Shown here: piece by piece, positions 31,046-41,089 of the stretch
Position numbering within the stretch: the first letter of the stretch is position 1
Layout: every line of letters starts with the position of its first letter
Source: Isosphaeraceae bacterium
GTDB lineage: Bacteria > Planctomycetota > Planctomycetia > Isosphaerales > Isosphaeraceae
Length of the DNA: 64,000 bases
Reading direction: 5' to 3'
Assembly (NCBI GenBank): GCA_965201075.1
Contig: CBDAVP010000014.1
Span: forward strand, 248,001 to 312,000
Notes under the pieces: model-generated
What the model was told of the DNA's origin: nothing
The model's database searches: none
What the model saw: only the letters and a program-made list of their open reading frames with translations
Translations under genes and position numbers: made by a program

Positions 31046-31058
31046 CGTCGCGCCCCGC

Positions 31059-32120
31059 TCAGTAAGAGTCGCCCGAAAGCACTTCCCCAGCGCCATGAGT
31101 AATCAGCGCCTTGAACACCGACGCGTTGACACTCTTGCGGACGAAATGCACCGATCCATCCGCGAACACATGGTTCGCCCCGCCGGGGTGGAACGCGTAG
31201 ACCTCGTTGTTGCTGCTGTAGTTGGTGTGCTCGTTGCTGCCGTCGCCGTCGGTGTAGAACTCGCTGTTGTAGTCGGCCCAACCTGCCCCCGACCCCTCGT
31301 TGCTCTGCACCGGCGCCGTCCCGTTGCGATACCACGGGTACGACACCCCATACTGCAACTGCTGGCCCAAAACGTAGAAGTTCGGCCGACCGGCATCCTC
31401 CGAAACCATGATCGTGTTCGACGTCCCATCGACCACGTCCCGCACCCGACGAATCGTGTTCCCCTTCAGCAACCCCAGCGCGTCCTGACCGGCCACGTGC
31501 GGAACATTGTTGGCGATCAGCCAAGACTCGCTGATCCCGTCATCCACCGAATAATCCCCCGGAGCCAACTGCACCGTCTGGCCGTTCAACGCGTTGGCAT
31601 AGGGAGCCAACGTCCCGGCCGCCGGGTTCGACGGGCACAGCATGAACGAAATCTGCGACCCCACCACCGTCGTATTCGCCGGCTGCGGAAACGCCTGGCT
31701 GATGTTCAGCGCGTTATACAAAGGCACCTGCTCGGTGTACCCCATGATCAGCGGAACCCACGACTGAATGTCCAGCGGATTCGAGCAAATCTGGGCCAGG
31801 TCCGGAGGGCAGGGGGGGATGTAGTTGGGGTTGTTCGTCGGCAACCCCGTCAGGTCGGCCGGCTGGAACGGCGGCTTCAGGAACGTGTTGCTGATCCCCC
31901 AGGTCGGGGCGAAAAAGCCGTAGGTGCTCTCGAAGTTGTGGAACCCCAGGCCAATCTGCTTGAGGTTGTTGATGCACTGAGCCCGACGAGCCGCCTCGCG
32001 AGCCGCCTGAACCGCCGGCAGCAAAAGCCCGATCAACACGCCGATGATCGCGATGACCACCAACAACTCGATCAGCGTGAACCCCCGCCGTCGGCCTCGA
32101 CTGGACGCGTTCGCGATCAT
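31059..32120 (-). CDS. DUF1559 prepilin-type N-terminal cleavage/methylation protein
   Basis: [68 protein letters not shown]. Confidence 0.96.
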   Translation of the reverse strand: MIANASSRGRRRGFTLIELLVVIAIIGVLIGLLLPAVQAAREAARRAQCINNLKQIGLGFHNFESTYGFFAPTWGISNTFLKPPFQPADLTGLPTNNPNYIPPCPPDLAQICSNPLDIQSWVPLIMGYTEQVPLYNALNISQAFPQPANTTVVGSQISFMLCPSNPAAGTLAPYANALNGQTVQLAPGDYSVDDGISESWLIANNVPHVAGQDALGLLKGNTIRRVRDVVDGTSNTIMVSEDAGRPNFYVLGQQLQYGVSYPWYRNGTAPVQSNEGSGAGWADYNSEFYTDGDGSNEHTNYSSNNEVYAFHPGGANHVFADGSVHFVRKSVNASVFKALITHGAGEVLSGDSY

Positions 32121-32402
32121 CGGTGACCCCAATCCAGGAAAAATGAGAGCAATGCCTGGGCTGCGTCGCCCCACCCCTGGAGGATTCTCCTCCCCGGGTG
32201 TGAAGGATCACTCGCACCCTCGCTGAAGAATTCGTGAGGCTCCGCCCACCCGCGAATGCCTGGGTGTTGCCATCCGTGAAGAGTTCGGTCCTGGAGCCGA
32301 CGGCAGCCCACTTCCCCGGCCGCGGGCGTGGCCGAACACCGGGCGATCACGATCCCCAGACCAGCTTCAAGGCCTCATCTTGACCAAGGAAAAGGGGAAA
32401 AA

Positions 32403-32491
32403 AGGAAACGGGGACCGGCTCTCGCGACCCACCAGCGAGGCGGTCATCCCTGACCCTCGGCCGCGAGGACCTCTCCCCGTTTCCTCGGCCC
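32403..32491. repeat. Degenerate family A palindrome
   Basis: AGGAAACGGGGACCGGCTCTCGCG ... CGCGAGGACCTCTCCCCGTTTCCT. Confidence 0.75.
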
Positions 32492-32516
32492 CAGCGCATG
32501 GAGCCGCGATCGCCTG

Positions 32517-33419
32517 TCAACCGGCCGGCTTCGCCGCCGGAGCCACCCCCGCCGGAGCCACCCCCGCCGCCGCCGCCGGAGCCCCGGGCGCGCCCGGAAC
32601 CGGATCGGCTGGCCGGGCGATCGCAATCCCCAGCCCGATCTCATTCGCCGCGTCATACGCCTTCACGGCGTTGCGGTGCATCGTGTTGAAGTCCGCCGTC
32701 AGCAGCATCGACGTCCGCCCGGTCTCGTCCCGAGCCTTGCGCAACGTCTCGGTCAGCGTGTCCGCCTTGGCCGGCACCCGATCCACCTCGACGTTCCCGT
32801 TGGAGTCGATCTTCACCAAAATGAACGTCTTCATCAGCTCATCCAAACTCTTCTTCCCCTGAGAGGCCTCCTGCTGCTGCTCCGGGTTCGGCTTGGGGAC
32901 CTCCAGCGACTTGTACAAAATCGTCGTCGCCGTCACCAGGAAGAACAGCACCAACTGAAACGCCACATCCACCATCGCCGCCAGGTCCAGCTCCTCGATC
33001 TTCTCCCCCGAGCCCCTCGACAACGTGAACTCCGCCGCCTCCTCATCCTCATCCGGAGGCTCGACCGTCGTCTCCAGCTCCGTCAACTCGGCATAGCGGA
33101 ACCCATCCGGCGGAACCGGGTTGGCGATCCCGGTATTCAGCCGGCGGTCGGGGTCCAGGTCCAGACTTTCCGGATCGTCGTCGTCGTCGTCGTACTCAAT
33201 CTCCACCACATCATCATCGTCACCGGCCGCCGCTGCCGCCTCATTGGCCAGCAGACCCGGCCAGCCCGAAAGCGGCGTCCATGGATCGGTCCCGCCCGAG
33301 GGCCGCGCCAGGTCCTCCGAGGTAATCGCCCCCGAGGCCACGTCCAGGCGCACCTGCTCAACGCTCAATCGGCGCCGAACCACCTGGCGGTCGCTATGGA
33401 AAATGTCCCAGCTCGACAC
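32517..33419 (-). CDS. exbD: ExbD/TolR protein with long N-terminal extension
   Basis: LDLAAMVDVAFQLVLFFLVT TM segment with the conserved Asp. N-terminal GYF_2-like and acidic region. Start is GTG 33419 or 33455. Confidence 0.85.
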   Translation of the reverse strand: MSSWDIFHSDRQVVRRRLSVEQVRLDVASGAITSEDLARPSGGTDPWTPLSGWPGLLANEAAAAAGDDDDVVEIEYDDDDDDPESLDLDPDRRLNTGIANPVPPDGFRYAELTELETTVEPPDEDEEAAEFTLSRGSGEKIEELDLAAMVDVAFQLVLFFLVTATTILYKSLEVPKPNPEQQQEASQGKKSLDELMKTFILVKIDSNGNVEVDRVPAKADTLTETLRKARDETGRTSMLLTADFNTMHRNAVKAYDAANEIGLGIAIARPADPVPGAPGAPAAAAGVAPAGVAPAAKPAG

Positions 33420-33456
33420 GTTCGCCTCGCCCCCCGGCCTGGTCTGGCTGATCACC

Positions 33457-33915
33457 TTACTGCTTCCCCGCCTCCGACACGCCAATATGCAGCGAGCAGC
33501 CCTCAACCTCCGAAACCGCCGCGGCCACCTTCAAAACCAGGCCATGAGGCACCCCGCCATCCGCCTCCAGCACCACCTTGGCCTTCCCGTCGCGCACCCC
33601 ATCGGCCACCGCCTTCTTGACCTGATCCATCGTCGCCGGAGGCAGCTTCACCCCCCCCGGCCCAAACTGCTCGCCAATCCCCACATAAACCCGAGGCTCC
33701 CCCCCGGGCTTCTCCGGAGCCATCAGCGAAACAAACGTCGCCGCCGTCTCCTCCACCCCCACGCCATGCCGAGCCGGAGGAACATTCACCTTATCCCCCC
33801 CAGCCATCTGCGTCGAAAACAGCATGAACGTCATGAGCTGAAACACAACGTCCACCATGGGAGTCATGTCAATGTGCTCATCCCGCTCTTCGTTCACCTG
33901 GCGACGCAGAAGCAT
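33457..33915 (-). CDS. exbD: ExbD/TolR family protein
   Basis: IDMTPMVDVVFQLMTFML, VVLEADGGVPHGLV. Confidence 0.92.
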   Translation of the reverse strand: MLLRRQVNEERDEHIDMTPMVDVVFQLMTFMLFSTQMAGGDKVNVPPARHGVGVEETAATFVSLMAPEKPGGEPRVYVGIGEQFGPGGVKLPPATMDQVKKAVADGVRDGKAKVVLEADGGVPHGLVLKVAAAVSEVEGCSLHIGVSEAGKQ

Positions 33916-33981
33916 AACCGGCTCCCAAGACCCTACCCAACTCCAACGAACTCAAAAGCAACCCGAGAAACCCTTGGTTTT

Positions 33982-34146
33982 CAGCCCCGGAGGGGCGTCA
34001 CCGTGTAGCCTGGCGCGTCAGCCACACGACCAGCCCACCAACCTCATTTCCCCAGCCCCGGAGGGGCGTCATCAGGGACCCTGGGACGTCAGCCCCACGA
34101 CCAGACCGGCCAGTGGAAAACTCCCAGGACCCGGAGGGGCGAAACC
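33982..34146. repeat. REP-like repeat cluster, family C
   Basis: CAGCCCCGGAGGGGCGTCA...CGTCAGCCMCACGACCAG at 33982 and 34053, plus a partial CCCGGAGGGGCG at about 34130. Lies between exbB and exbD. Confidence 0.75.
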
Positions 34147-34149
34147 GGC

Positions 34150-34896
34150 TCACCGCAACACCGTCCGCGGCTGACCCTGCCGGGCCGCGGCATGACGACC
34201 GGCCGCCTGCTGCGCCTCGGCATGCTCCAGAACTTCGATGAAATCCACCAACTGCCGCTCGGTGACATCCCGCAGCTTCCGCAACTTGGCGTGGATGTCA
34301 TTGCCCAGGATCATCATCGGCGTGGCGATCAAAAGCCCCGCCCCGGTCGCCCAAAGCGCCAGCGAAATGTCATTGGCCAGCGCCGTCGGGTTCACCTTCT
34401 CGGCCCCACCAATGCGCCCGAACGCCCCAATCATCGACGCCACCGTGCCCAGCAGCCCCAGCAACGGCCCCATCCGCACGATCGTTCCAATCGACGCCAG
34501 GCGGTTTTCCATCCCCGAGATCACCTCGGTATGGAACTCCAGAACCAGCAACTGCTTGACCTTGGACACGCCCTTGTCCCGGTTCTTCAACGCCACGGCC
34601 ATCAACTGGGCCATCGCCGTGTTCCAGTACGCCGGACCTTGGCAAGCGGCGATCGCCTCATCGGTCCGCCCGCTCTTGAGCAAAATTTCCCGAATCCGCC
34701 CAATCAGTTCGGCTGCCTTCTCCCCGGTCAGCCGCTTCTTCTTGAGGTTCCGATACAGCAAGATCGAGTTATACGTCCCCCACGTCGCCAGCAGCGCCAG
34801 TGCCGCGTAGATAACGTTGCCGAACTTGTCGATAATCGCCGGAATATCGAGCTTGTTGCCCGCGGCGGCGGCAAACAGCAGGAAGGTCCATGGCAT
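34150..34896 (-). CDS. exbB: MotA/TolQ/ExbB proton channel protein
   Basis: GTIVRMGPLLGLLGTVASMIGAF, LANDISLALWATGAGLLIATP. Confidence 0.92.
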   Translation of the reverse strand: MPWTFLLFAAAAGNKLDIPAIIDKFGNVIYAALALLATWGTYNSILLYRNLKKKRLTGEKAAELIGRIREILLKSGRTDEAIAACQGPAYWNTAMAQLMAVALKNRDKGVSKVKQLLVLEFHTEVISGMENRLASIGTIVRMGPLLGLLGTVASMIGAFGRIGGAEKVNPTALANDISLALWATGAGLLIATPMMILGNDIHAKLRKLRDVTERQLVDFIEVLEHAEAQQAAGRHAAARQGQPRTVLR

Positions 34897-35089
34897 CGCT
34901 GGTGGGCCTCGCGGGGCTCAGGATCACCGGCCAAAAGCGGCGGAGTCCCCCATTGTGTCCGGCGCGTCACTCCCCCGCAAGGGCCCCGCTCAACCCGTCC
35001 CCGCTTGCTTGAAACCCACCGGCGCGCGACAATCCTCGCCGTCGGGCCTGAAATGGCCGGCGCGCCTCGCCCCCCACCCGGGCCCCACC

Positions 35090-36001
35090 ATGCCTCGCAC
35101 CGTGCTAATCATCGACGACGAGCGAGACGCCAACGACATCCTCGCCAGCCTCGTCCAGGCCCGAGGCTTCCAGCCCGTCCAGGTCTTCAACGGCACCGAC
35201 GCCGTCGAGGCCGTCGGCCAGCACGACCCCGACCTCATCCTGCTCGACCTCATGATGCCCGACCTCGACGGCTTCACCATCTGCGACCGACTCAAGCGCG
35301 ACCGACGCACCAGCCTCGCCCCCATCATCATGGTCACCGCCCTGAACGACCCGGCCCACCACGCCCGGGGCGTCCGCGTCGGGGCCAACGCCTACCTCCC
35401 CAAGCCCTACACCCCAGCCGAACTCTTCGCCGCCATCGACCAGGCCATGGCCTGGAGGCACGAGCACCTCACCCGCGGCACCACCGGAGAAATCGACTTC
35501 GACATCCGCGGAGGCCTCGACTACCTCCACCAAACCAATGACATGCTCGCCGACCTCTTCGCCCATACCCCCCTCACCGACCGCCAAATCAAGGACCTCC
35601 GCCAGGTCGTCCTGGAACTCGGCACCAACGCCATCGAGTGGGGCCACTGCAAGAACATCGACCTGCCCCTGCACATCACCTACCGCATCGACCCCACCCG
35701 CGTCACTTTGATCATTCGCGACCAGGGCCCCGGCTTCAACCCCAAGCAAGTCCCTCACGCCGCCCGGGTCGACGACCCCGTCTCCCACCTCGACGTCCGC
35801 CACGACCTCGGCATCCGCGAGGGCGGCTTCGGCATCATGCTCGCCCGAGGCCTCGTCGACGAACTCCGCTACAACGACAAAGGCAACGAAGTCACTCTCG
35901 TCAAACGCTTCACGGAGCTGCCGCCGCCGTCGGCGACTCCGGGTCCAACCCCCGACCCGACCCCCACGCCGACCCCTCCCCCTCCCGCCGATCCGGCCTG
36001 A
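35090..36001 (+). CDS. Response regulator receiver fused to RsbW-like (HATPase_c_2) anti-sigma kinase domain
   Basis: VLIIDDE, LILLDLMMP, MVTA, YLPKP (REC). ELGTNAIEWG, IRDQGPGF, GGFGIML, GNEVTL (GHKL). Confidence 0.92.
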   Translation: MPRTVLIIDDERDANDILASLVQARGFQPVQVFNGTDAVEAVGQHDPDLILLDLMMPDLDGFTICDRLKRDRRTSLAPIIMVTALNDPAHHARGVRVGANAYLPKPYTPAELFAAIDQAMAWRHEHLTRGTTGEIDFDIRGGLDYLHQTNDMLADLFAHTPLTDRQIKDLRQVVLELGTNAIEWGHCKNIDLPLHITYRIDPTRVTLIIRDQGPGFNPKQVPHAARVDDPVSHLDVRHDLGIREGGFGIMLARGLVDELRYNDKGNEVTLVKRFTELPPPSATPGPTPDPTPTPTPPPPADPA

Positions 36002-36875
36002 CCAGCCCATCCCCCAGCGGGCGCAACGACTCCAAATCCACATCAATCGCCGCGCAAATCGCCTCCAACGGCAGGTCGTTGGCATCCGTCCCGAACGGGT
36101 CCTCGATCTCCACCCCAATCTCCTCGATCCCAAAGAACACGTAAGCCACCCCCAGCGTGTCCAGCACCGCCACCCAGCCAAATTCCCTCACCAGCGCGAA
36201 CGGCAAACTGAAGCAATACAGAATCAAGGCCCGCCGCAGGTGGACCACATACACGAACGGCAACGGAGTCCGCCGAATCCGCTCGCAGGCCCCCAGGTAG
36301 TCCAGCAGCATCCGGACATTCCCGTCCAGCATCGCCAGCAAGACATCCGAAACCATCCCCCGGTCCCGCCCCCTCACCAGCACCTCGCTGATCCGCACCG
36401 ACACCGCCAGCGGCACATGAGGCGACCTCAACGTCGCGGCCACCTCCTCCTCCGGAAGCCGAAGCCCCGCCGGACCCACCTCCTTCACCCCCCGAAGCCG
36501 ACCCCTCGCCGAATGCGCATACGCCGACAACCAATCCAACAGCCGCCCATAAAGCTCCGGATCATCCTGGAACAACACCCGAGACGACCTCGCCAGGTTC
36601 CGCGTCTCGTTGATGATGTTCCCCCACTGACGACGCCCCTCCCAGAACCGGTCATACGACGCGTTGGTCCGGAACACCAGCAACAACCCCAGAGCCACTC
36701 CCACCAAACTATGCACCGTCGACGGAATCCCCAACGGCACCACATACCGATGGATCGCCACCACCGCCGTCGCCCAAAGTACGCAAATCCCCACCCGCCC
36801 CAGGATCTCCCGGACCATCGATCCGTTCAAATCCAGTAAATGCCCACGCCATTCGTGAGGATCGTACTCAATCAT
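35910..36875 (-). CDS. Bacterial bestrophin channel
   Basis: LGLLLVFRTNASYDRFWEGR, CERIRRTPLPFVY, GIEEIGVEIEDPFGTDANDLPL. Confidence 0.95.
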   Translation of the reverse strand: MIEYDPHEWRGHLLDLNGSMVREILGRVGICVLWATAVVAIHRYVVPLGIPSTVHSLVGVALGLLLVFRTNASYDRFWEGRRQWGNIINETRNLARSSRVLFQDDPELYGRLLDWLSAYAHSARGRLRGVKEVGPAGLRLPEEEVAATLRSPHVPLAVSVRISEVLVRGRDRGMVSDVLLAMLDGNVRMLLDYLGACERIRRTPLPFVYVVHLRRALILYCFSLPFALVREFGWVAVLDTLGVAYVFFGIEEIGVEIEDPFGTDANDLPLEAICAAIDVDLESLRPLGDGLVRPDRREGEGSAWGSGRGLDPESPTAAAAP

Positions 36876-37190
36876 GCCGCGTCTCGTCCCCAAGCCCTCG
36901 AATTACCGCGTCCATCGGACTCTACCAACTCCGAGAGCCCCCGCCCACCCAGGGCGGTTTCGTTCTCCATCCGCCTCGAAATCCGAGACTGGCTCCGCAT
37001 CACGGCGCCGGCGCCTGTCCCCCCATTCCAAGGCAAGAAGCTCGACTTCCGAACCCGGTTGAACCCCCCAAAAGGTGAAGGAAACGACCCGGCCCGCCCA
37101 ACCACCGAGTCAGGCACAAGCTTTGCAGCCCACGCCCAAGCTCGGTCGAACCCCCAACCGCGCGGCGAGCCCAGCAGGAGAGGCCCCGAC

Positions 37191-38942
37191 ATGGCCAGGA
37201 CGACGGCGGATGTACTCTTCGAGCGCCTGCGCGACTGGGGCGTCGACACCGTCTTCGGCATCCCCGGAGACGGCATCAACGGCTTCATGGAAGGTCTGCG
37301 CAAGAACCGAGAGCACATCCGCTTCATCCAGGTCCGCCACGAGGAAGGCGCTGCCCTCGCCGCTTGCGGATACGCCAAGTTCACCGGCCGCCTCGGCGTC
37401 TGCATCGCCACCAGCGGGCCCGGAGCCATCCACCTCCTCAACGGCCTCTACGACGCCAAGCTCGACGGAGCCCCCGTCCTGGCCATCACCGGTCAGACCT
37501 ACCACGACCTCATCGGCATGCACTACCAGCAGGAAGTCAACCTCCTGGGCCTCTTCGCCGACGTCGCCCCCTTCAACCACCAGATCAACGGACCCCGCCA
37601 CGCCCACGCCCTCGTCGACGCCGCCTGCCGCTCCGCCCTCGGCCGCCGGGGCGTCTCCCACCTGAACTGCCCCAACGACTGGCAAGACCTCACCTCCGAA
37701 ACCGCCTCCGCCTTCGAAGTCCCCGGCCACACCTCCGCCGCCTGGACCCCTCCCATCGTCATCCCCCAGCGCGACTCCCTCGAAGCCGCCGCCGCGGTCC
37801 TCAACGCCGGCAAACGAACCGTCCTCCTCGTCGGCCAGGGGGCCCTCGGAGCCGGCGACCAGGTCGAACAGATCGCCGAAACCCTCGCCGCCCCCATCGT
37901 CAAGGCCCTGCTGGGCAAGGCCGTCATCCCCGACGACGCCCCCCACTGCACCGGAGGCCTCGGCCTCCTGGGAACCCTCCCCTCCGAAAAGGCGATGGAG
38001 GACTGCGACACCCTCCTGATGGTCGGTACCAACTTCCCCTACATGGCGTACCTGCCCAAGCCCGGCCAGGCCCGAGCCGTCCAGATCGACCGAGACCCCA
38101 CCCGCCTCGGCCTCCGCCACCCCATCGAGGTCGGCCTCACCGGAGACGCCCAGGCCACCCTCCAGGCCCTATCGCCCCTCCTGAATCGCCAGGACGACCG
38201 CGCCTTCCTCGAAACCGCCCAGTCCCGCATGAACGACTGGCGAGACCTCCTGAAAACCCGCCAGACCCGCGAAGACCTGCCGTTGAAACCCCAGGTCGTC
38301 GCCGGCCACCTCAACGACCTCCTCGCCGACAACGCCATCGTGACCACCGACTCCGGCACGATCACCACCTGGGCGGCCCGACACCTCCAGATGCGTCGAG
38401 GGATGAAGTTCTCCTGCTCGGGAAACCTCGCCACAATGGCCCCAGCGGTCCCCTACGCGATCGCCGCCCAGATCGCCTACCCCGACCGCCAGGTCGTGGC
38501 CTTCGTGGGGGACGGCGGCTTCACCATGCTCGGCTGCGAGTTCATCACGGCGGTCAAATACAAGCTGCCGATCAAGGTGGTGGTCATCAAGAACAACACC
38601 CTCGGCCAGATCAAATGGGAGCAGATGATCTTCCTGGGCAACCCCGAATACGGAGTCGAGCTCGAACCGATCGACTTCGTCAAGTTCGCCGAAGCCTGCG
38701 GAGGAACCGGCTTCCGCTGCGAAACCCCCGACCAGGTCCGCCCCGCGCTGCAAGCCGCCCTCAACCACCCGGGCCCAGCGCTGATCGAAGCCACGGTCGA
38801 CCCCTTCGAGCCCCCCATGCCCGCCCAGGCCGGAATTCAACAAGGCCTCAAACTCGCCGCCTCCCTGGCCAAGGGGGAACCCAACCGAGGAAAGATCGCC
38901 ACCACAATCTTCCGAGACAAGCTCACCGAATTCTTCCGCTAA
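37191..38942 (+). CDS. TPP-dependent pyruvate oxidase/dehydrogenase (PoxB/CidC-like)
   Basis: WGVDTVFGIPGDGIN, VRHEE, TSGPGAIHLLNGLYDA, GDGGFTM...NNTLG. Confidence 0.93.
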   Translation: MARTTADVLFERLRDWGVDTVFGIPGDGINGFMEGLRKNREHIRFIQVRHEEGAALAACGYAKFTGRLGVCIATSGPGAIHLLNGLYDAKLDGAPVLAITGQTYHDLIGMHYQQEVNLLGLFADVAPFNHQINGPRHAHALVDAACRSALGRRGVSHLNCPNDWQDLTSETASAFEVPGHTSAAWTPPIVIPQRDSLEAAAAVLNAGKRTVLLVGQGALGAGDQVEQIAETLAAPIVKALLGKAVIPDDAPHCTGGLGLLGTLPSEKAMEDCDTLLMVGTNFPYMAYLPKPGQARAVQIDRDPTRLGLRHPIEVGLTGDAQATLQALSPLLNRQDDRAFLETAQSRMNDWRDLLKTRQTREDLPLKPQVVAGHLNDLLADNAIVTTDSGTITTWAARHLQMRRGMKFSCSGNLATMAPAVPYAIAAQIAYPDRQVVAFVGDGGFTMLGCEFITAVKYKLPIKVVVIKNNTLGQIKWEQMIFLGNPEYGVELEPIDFVKFAEACGGTGFRCETPDQVRPALQAALNHPGPALIEATVDPFEPPMPAQAGIQQGLKLAASLAKGEPNRGKIATTIFRDKLTEFFR

Positions 38943-38990
38943 CCGCTTCCGTGGCTTCAGCCATGATCGTGGCAGTTTTCGACGCTCTGA

Positions 38991-39227
38991 TACAAGCGGA
39001 GCAACGTCGAGTCAACATTCTCCATGATGAAGGCGAAGTTCGCGGATGCCATCCGGTCCGACTCGGATGCCGCGATGGTGGATGAAGCGTTATGCAAGAT
39101 CCTCTGCCAGAACGTCTGCTGCCAGATCCAGAGCATGCGCGAGTTGGGGATCGTAGCGACGTTCTGGGGGCCGGACGAGGGGCCGGCGGGGATTGACGTG
39201 GTGGGAAAGCCCGATGACGATAGATGA
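38991..39227 (+). pseudogene. C-terminal remnant of a DDE transposase (IS4/IS5-like)
   Basis: YKRSNVESTFSMMKAKF is the R-x3-E-x6-K signature, followed by NE-like DEALCKILCQN. An in-frame stop lies immediately upstream and there is no N-terminus. Confidence 0.75.
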
Positions 39228-39268
39228 GGTGGAGGCGAGGGGGTGGGTGTGAATGGCCGAGTCAGAAG

Positions 39269-40378
39269 CTAGAAATAAGCACTCTCAATCCGGAGATCCA
39301 GGTCCGGATCGTCCGATTCCAATTCTTCCTTGGTGAAACTGAGGAGAGGGTTAACGGCGTCGCAATCCCTGAAACATCGACCGGAAAAGGTGCAATCAGG
39401 CGAGACTTTTAAAAGCGGATGCCTACAAATGGAATTGTAGATGTACCTCGCGTAGTCACTGGTCAGTTGAGGCCGATAATGTCCGCTGAAATTGAGGTCG
39501 AGACGATCGATAACGCCATCAGGCCCGAAATATATGTGCCCTGCACCGCCGACCTCGCGTCCCCCAGAGATCAAGTGATGGCCGGATGGGCCTACAATTA
39601 ACCATCCTTCAGTATCGATGACGAAATTATTCTTGCCGCGCCTAAGGTCTTTTGTTCGGGGACTAAGTCGATCGATAGGATTGCCCAATTCGTAAAGCTG
39701 AAGATCTCCATACTCCTCCAATGAGGCAACTAACTGATCTGTCTGAAGAGGATAGAGGATTGGTGGCCGTACCGGGGTGTAGTGGGCATATGCACTAAGT
39801 CGATGCTCGTCATCCTCTTCTAAGATGGTTTCGCCAAGACCTTCATCTAACAAGTCACGAATTACTGTGCCATAATCCCCGACAGGCAACCCATCTCCAG
39901 TTATTCTCCATGAATCGAATCGGGCTCGGAAGAAAGTGAAAACGGCGTCGGGATGTAACTTGAAAGCACCATGCCGCCTGAAAGCGTCCACGATGAATTT
40001 GACAGACGAATTATGGTATGTAGCAAAGAAGAAAGGAAAATCCGTATTTTGACAGATAACTTCGAAGACCCGGCCCATTCGGTTAACCCGAAAACGCCCG
40101 GCGGCCCCTGCTCGACTATCATCGACCATTGACGCATGTGAACTTGTTAGTCCGAATTTAACGCGAAAATTACCAGACGAGTCGATAACGAAAGAATATG
40201 TCCCTGATTGAAGCGGCAGGCTTTCTTCATATGGCTCAAAGATTGGGACAACTTTGGGCTTTTGTCCTCTGGCCGCCCTCTTTATCGCGGGAGGCGACGA
40301 AAGCAGATTAAATTTCACTCGCGCCTCTCCTTTGTTTTCCATATGTACGACGCCTGGCATGTCTAGTTGATCGCACAC
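39269..40378 (-). CDS. Low-GC hypothetical protein with two tandem SGHY-type toxin-like domains
   Basis: 369-aa ORF, visibly AT-richer than its flanks. Internal repeat FVIDSSG...H...AAGRF / FVIDTEG...HH...GAGHI...SGHYRP. The start could be 40378, 40360 or 40342. Confidence 0.8.
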   Translation of the reverse strand: MCDQLDMPGVVHMENKGEARVKFNLLSSPPAIKRAARGQKPKVVPIFEPYEESLPLQSGTYSFVIDSSGNFRVKFGLTSSHASMVDDSRAGAAGRFRVNRMGRVFEVICQNTDFPFFFATYHNSSVKFIVDAFRRHGAFKLHPDAVFTFFRARFDSWRITGDGLPVGDYGTVIRDLLDEGLGETILEEDDEHRLSAYAHYTPVRPPILYPLQTDQLVASLEEYGDLQLYELGNPIDRLSPRTKDLRRGKNNFVIDTEGWLIVGPSGHHLISGGREVGGAGHIYFGPDGVIDRLDLNFSGHYRPQLTSDYARYIYNSICRHPLLKVSPDCTFSGRCFRDCDAVNPLLSFTKEELESDDPDLDLRIESAYF

Positions 40379-40865
40379 GGGACACGAACGCCGCTCTAAG
40401 CAAGGAATTGATCGAAGTAAAAACGAGATGTCTAGTTGAACTGGACTCTAACTTACCAATCTGACCCACGAAAATTCGGCCCACTTAGAAAGCGAGGTTT
40501 TCAACCTGTCGCGTGACGGCGATTGTTCCAAATTTATCAATAGAATCGTTCGCTAGGAATAGGAGTGAGAAGAAAGGTGAGAAGGGGAGAAGAAAGGGGA
40601 CATTCTACTTTTCCGACCCCCGCACCCACAGCGGCCTGTTTCGCGAGCCCCCTCGACCGTCCCGAAGCCCCCGCGGATACATCCCCGTCGTCCGTCCCGC
40701 CATCGCGGCCCCCTCGCCACGAACCATCCGAATCCACACGCCTCGAACCCATTTCCCAAAAATTCCCAAAACCCCGTCATCGTTTCCGACCCCGGTCACG
40801 ATAGTGAACCACGAGGGGACCCCACCCACCGCACCAAAGCCGCCCACCACCAAGCGAGCCGACCC

Positions 40866-41088
40866 ATGTCCCACCCCCAGAACCAGGCCGACCCCCCCCA
40901 CACCACCCGACCCCTCCTCAACGGCCTGACGATCATCCCCCCCAGGACGAGGCCGACGCCCTCAACGACCGCATCGACGCCTGGACCTCCGCCCTCAAAC
41001 CCTTCGACCTCTACGAATCCTGGCTCCTCCACGAGGTGGCCCGAAACACCCTGGCCATCGAACGCCTCCACCAGCGAGAGGTCGTGTC
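40866..41088 (+). pseudogene. Truncated, frameshifted paralog of 43447-44451
   Basis: DNA similarity to 43447-43670, including the upstream leader. One base is missing next to the C-run at about 40943, and homology ends where the family D repeats begin. Confidence 0.85.
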
Positions 41089-41089
41089 C

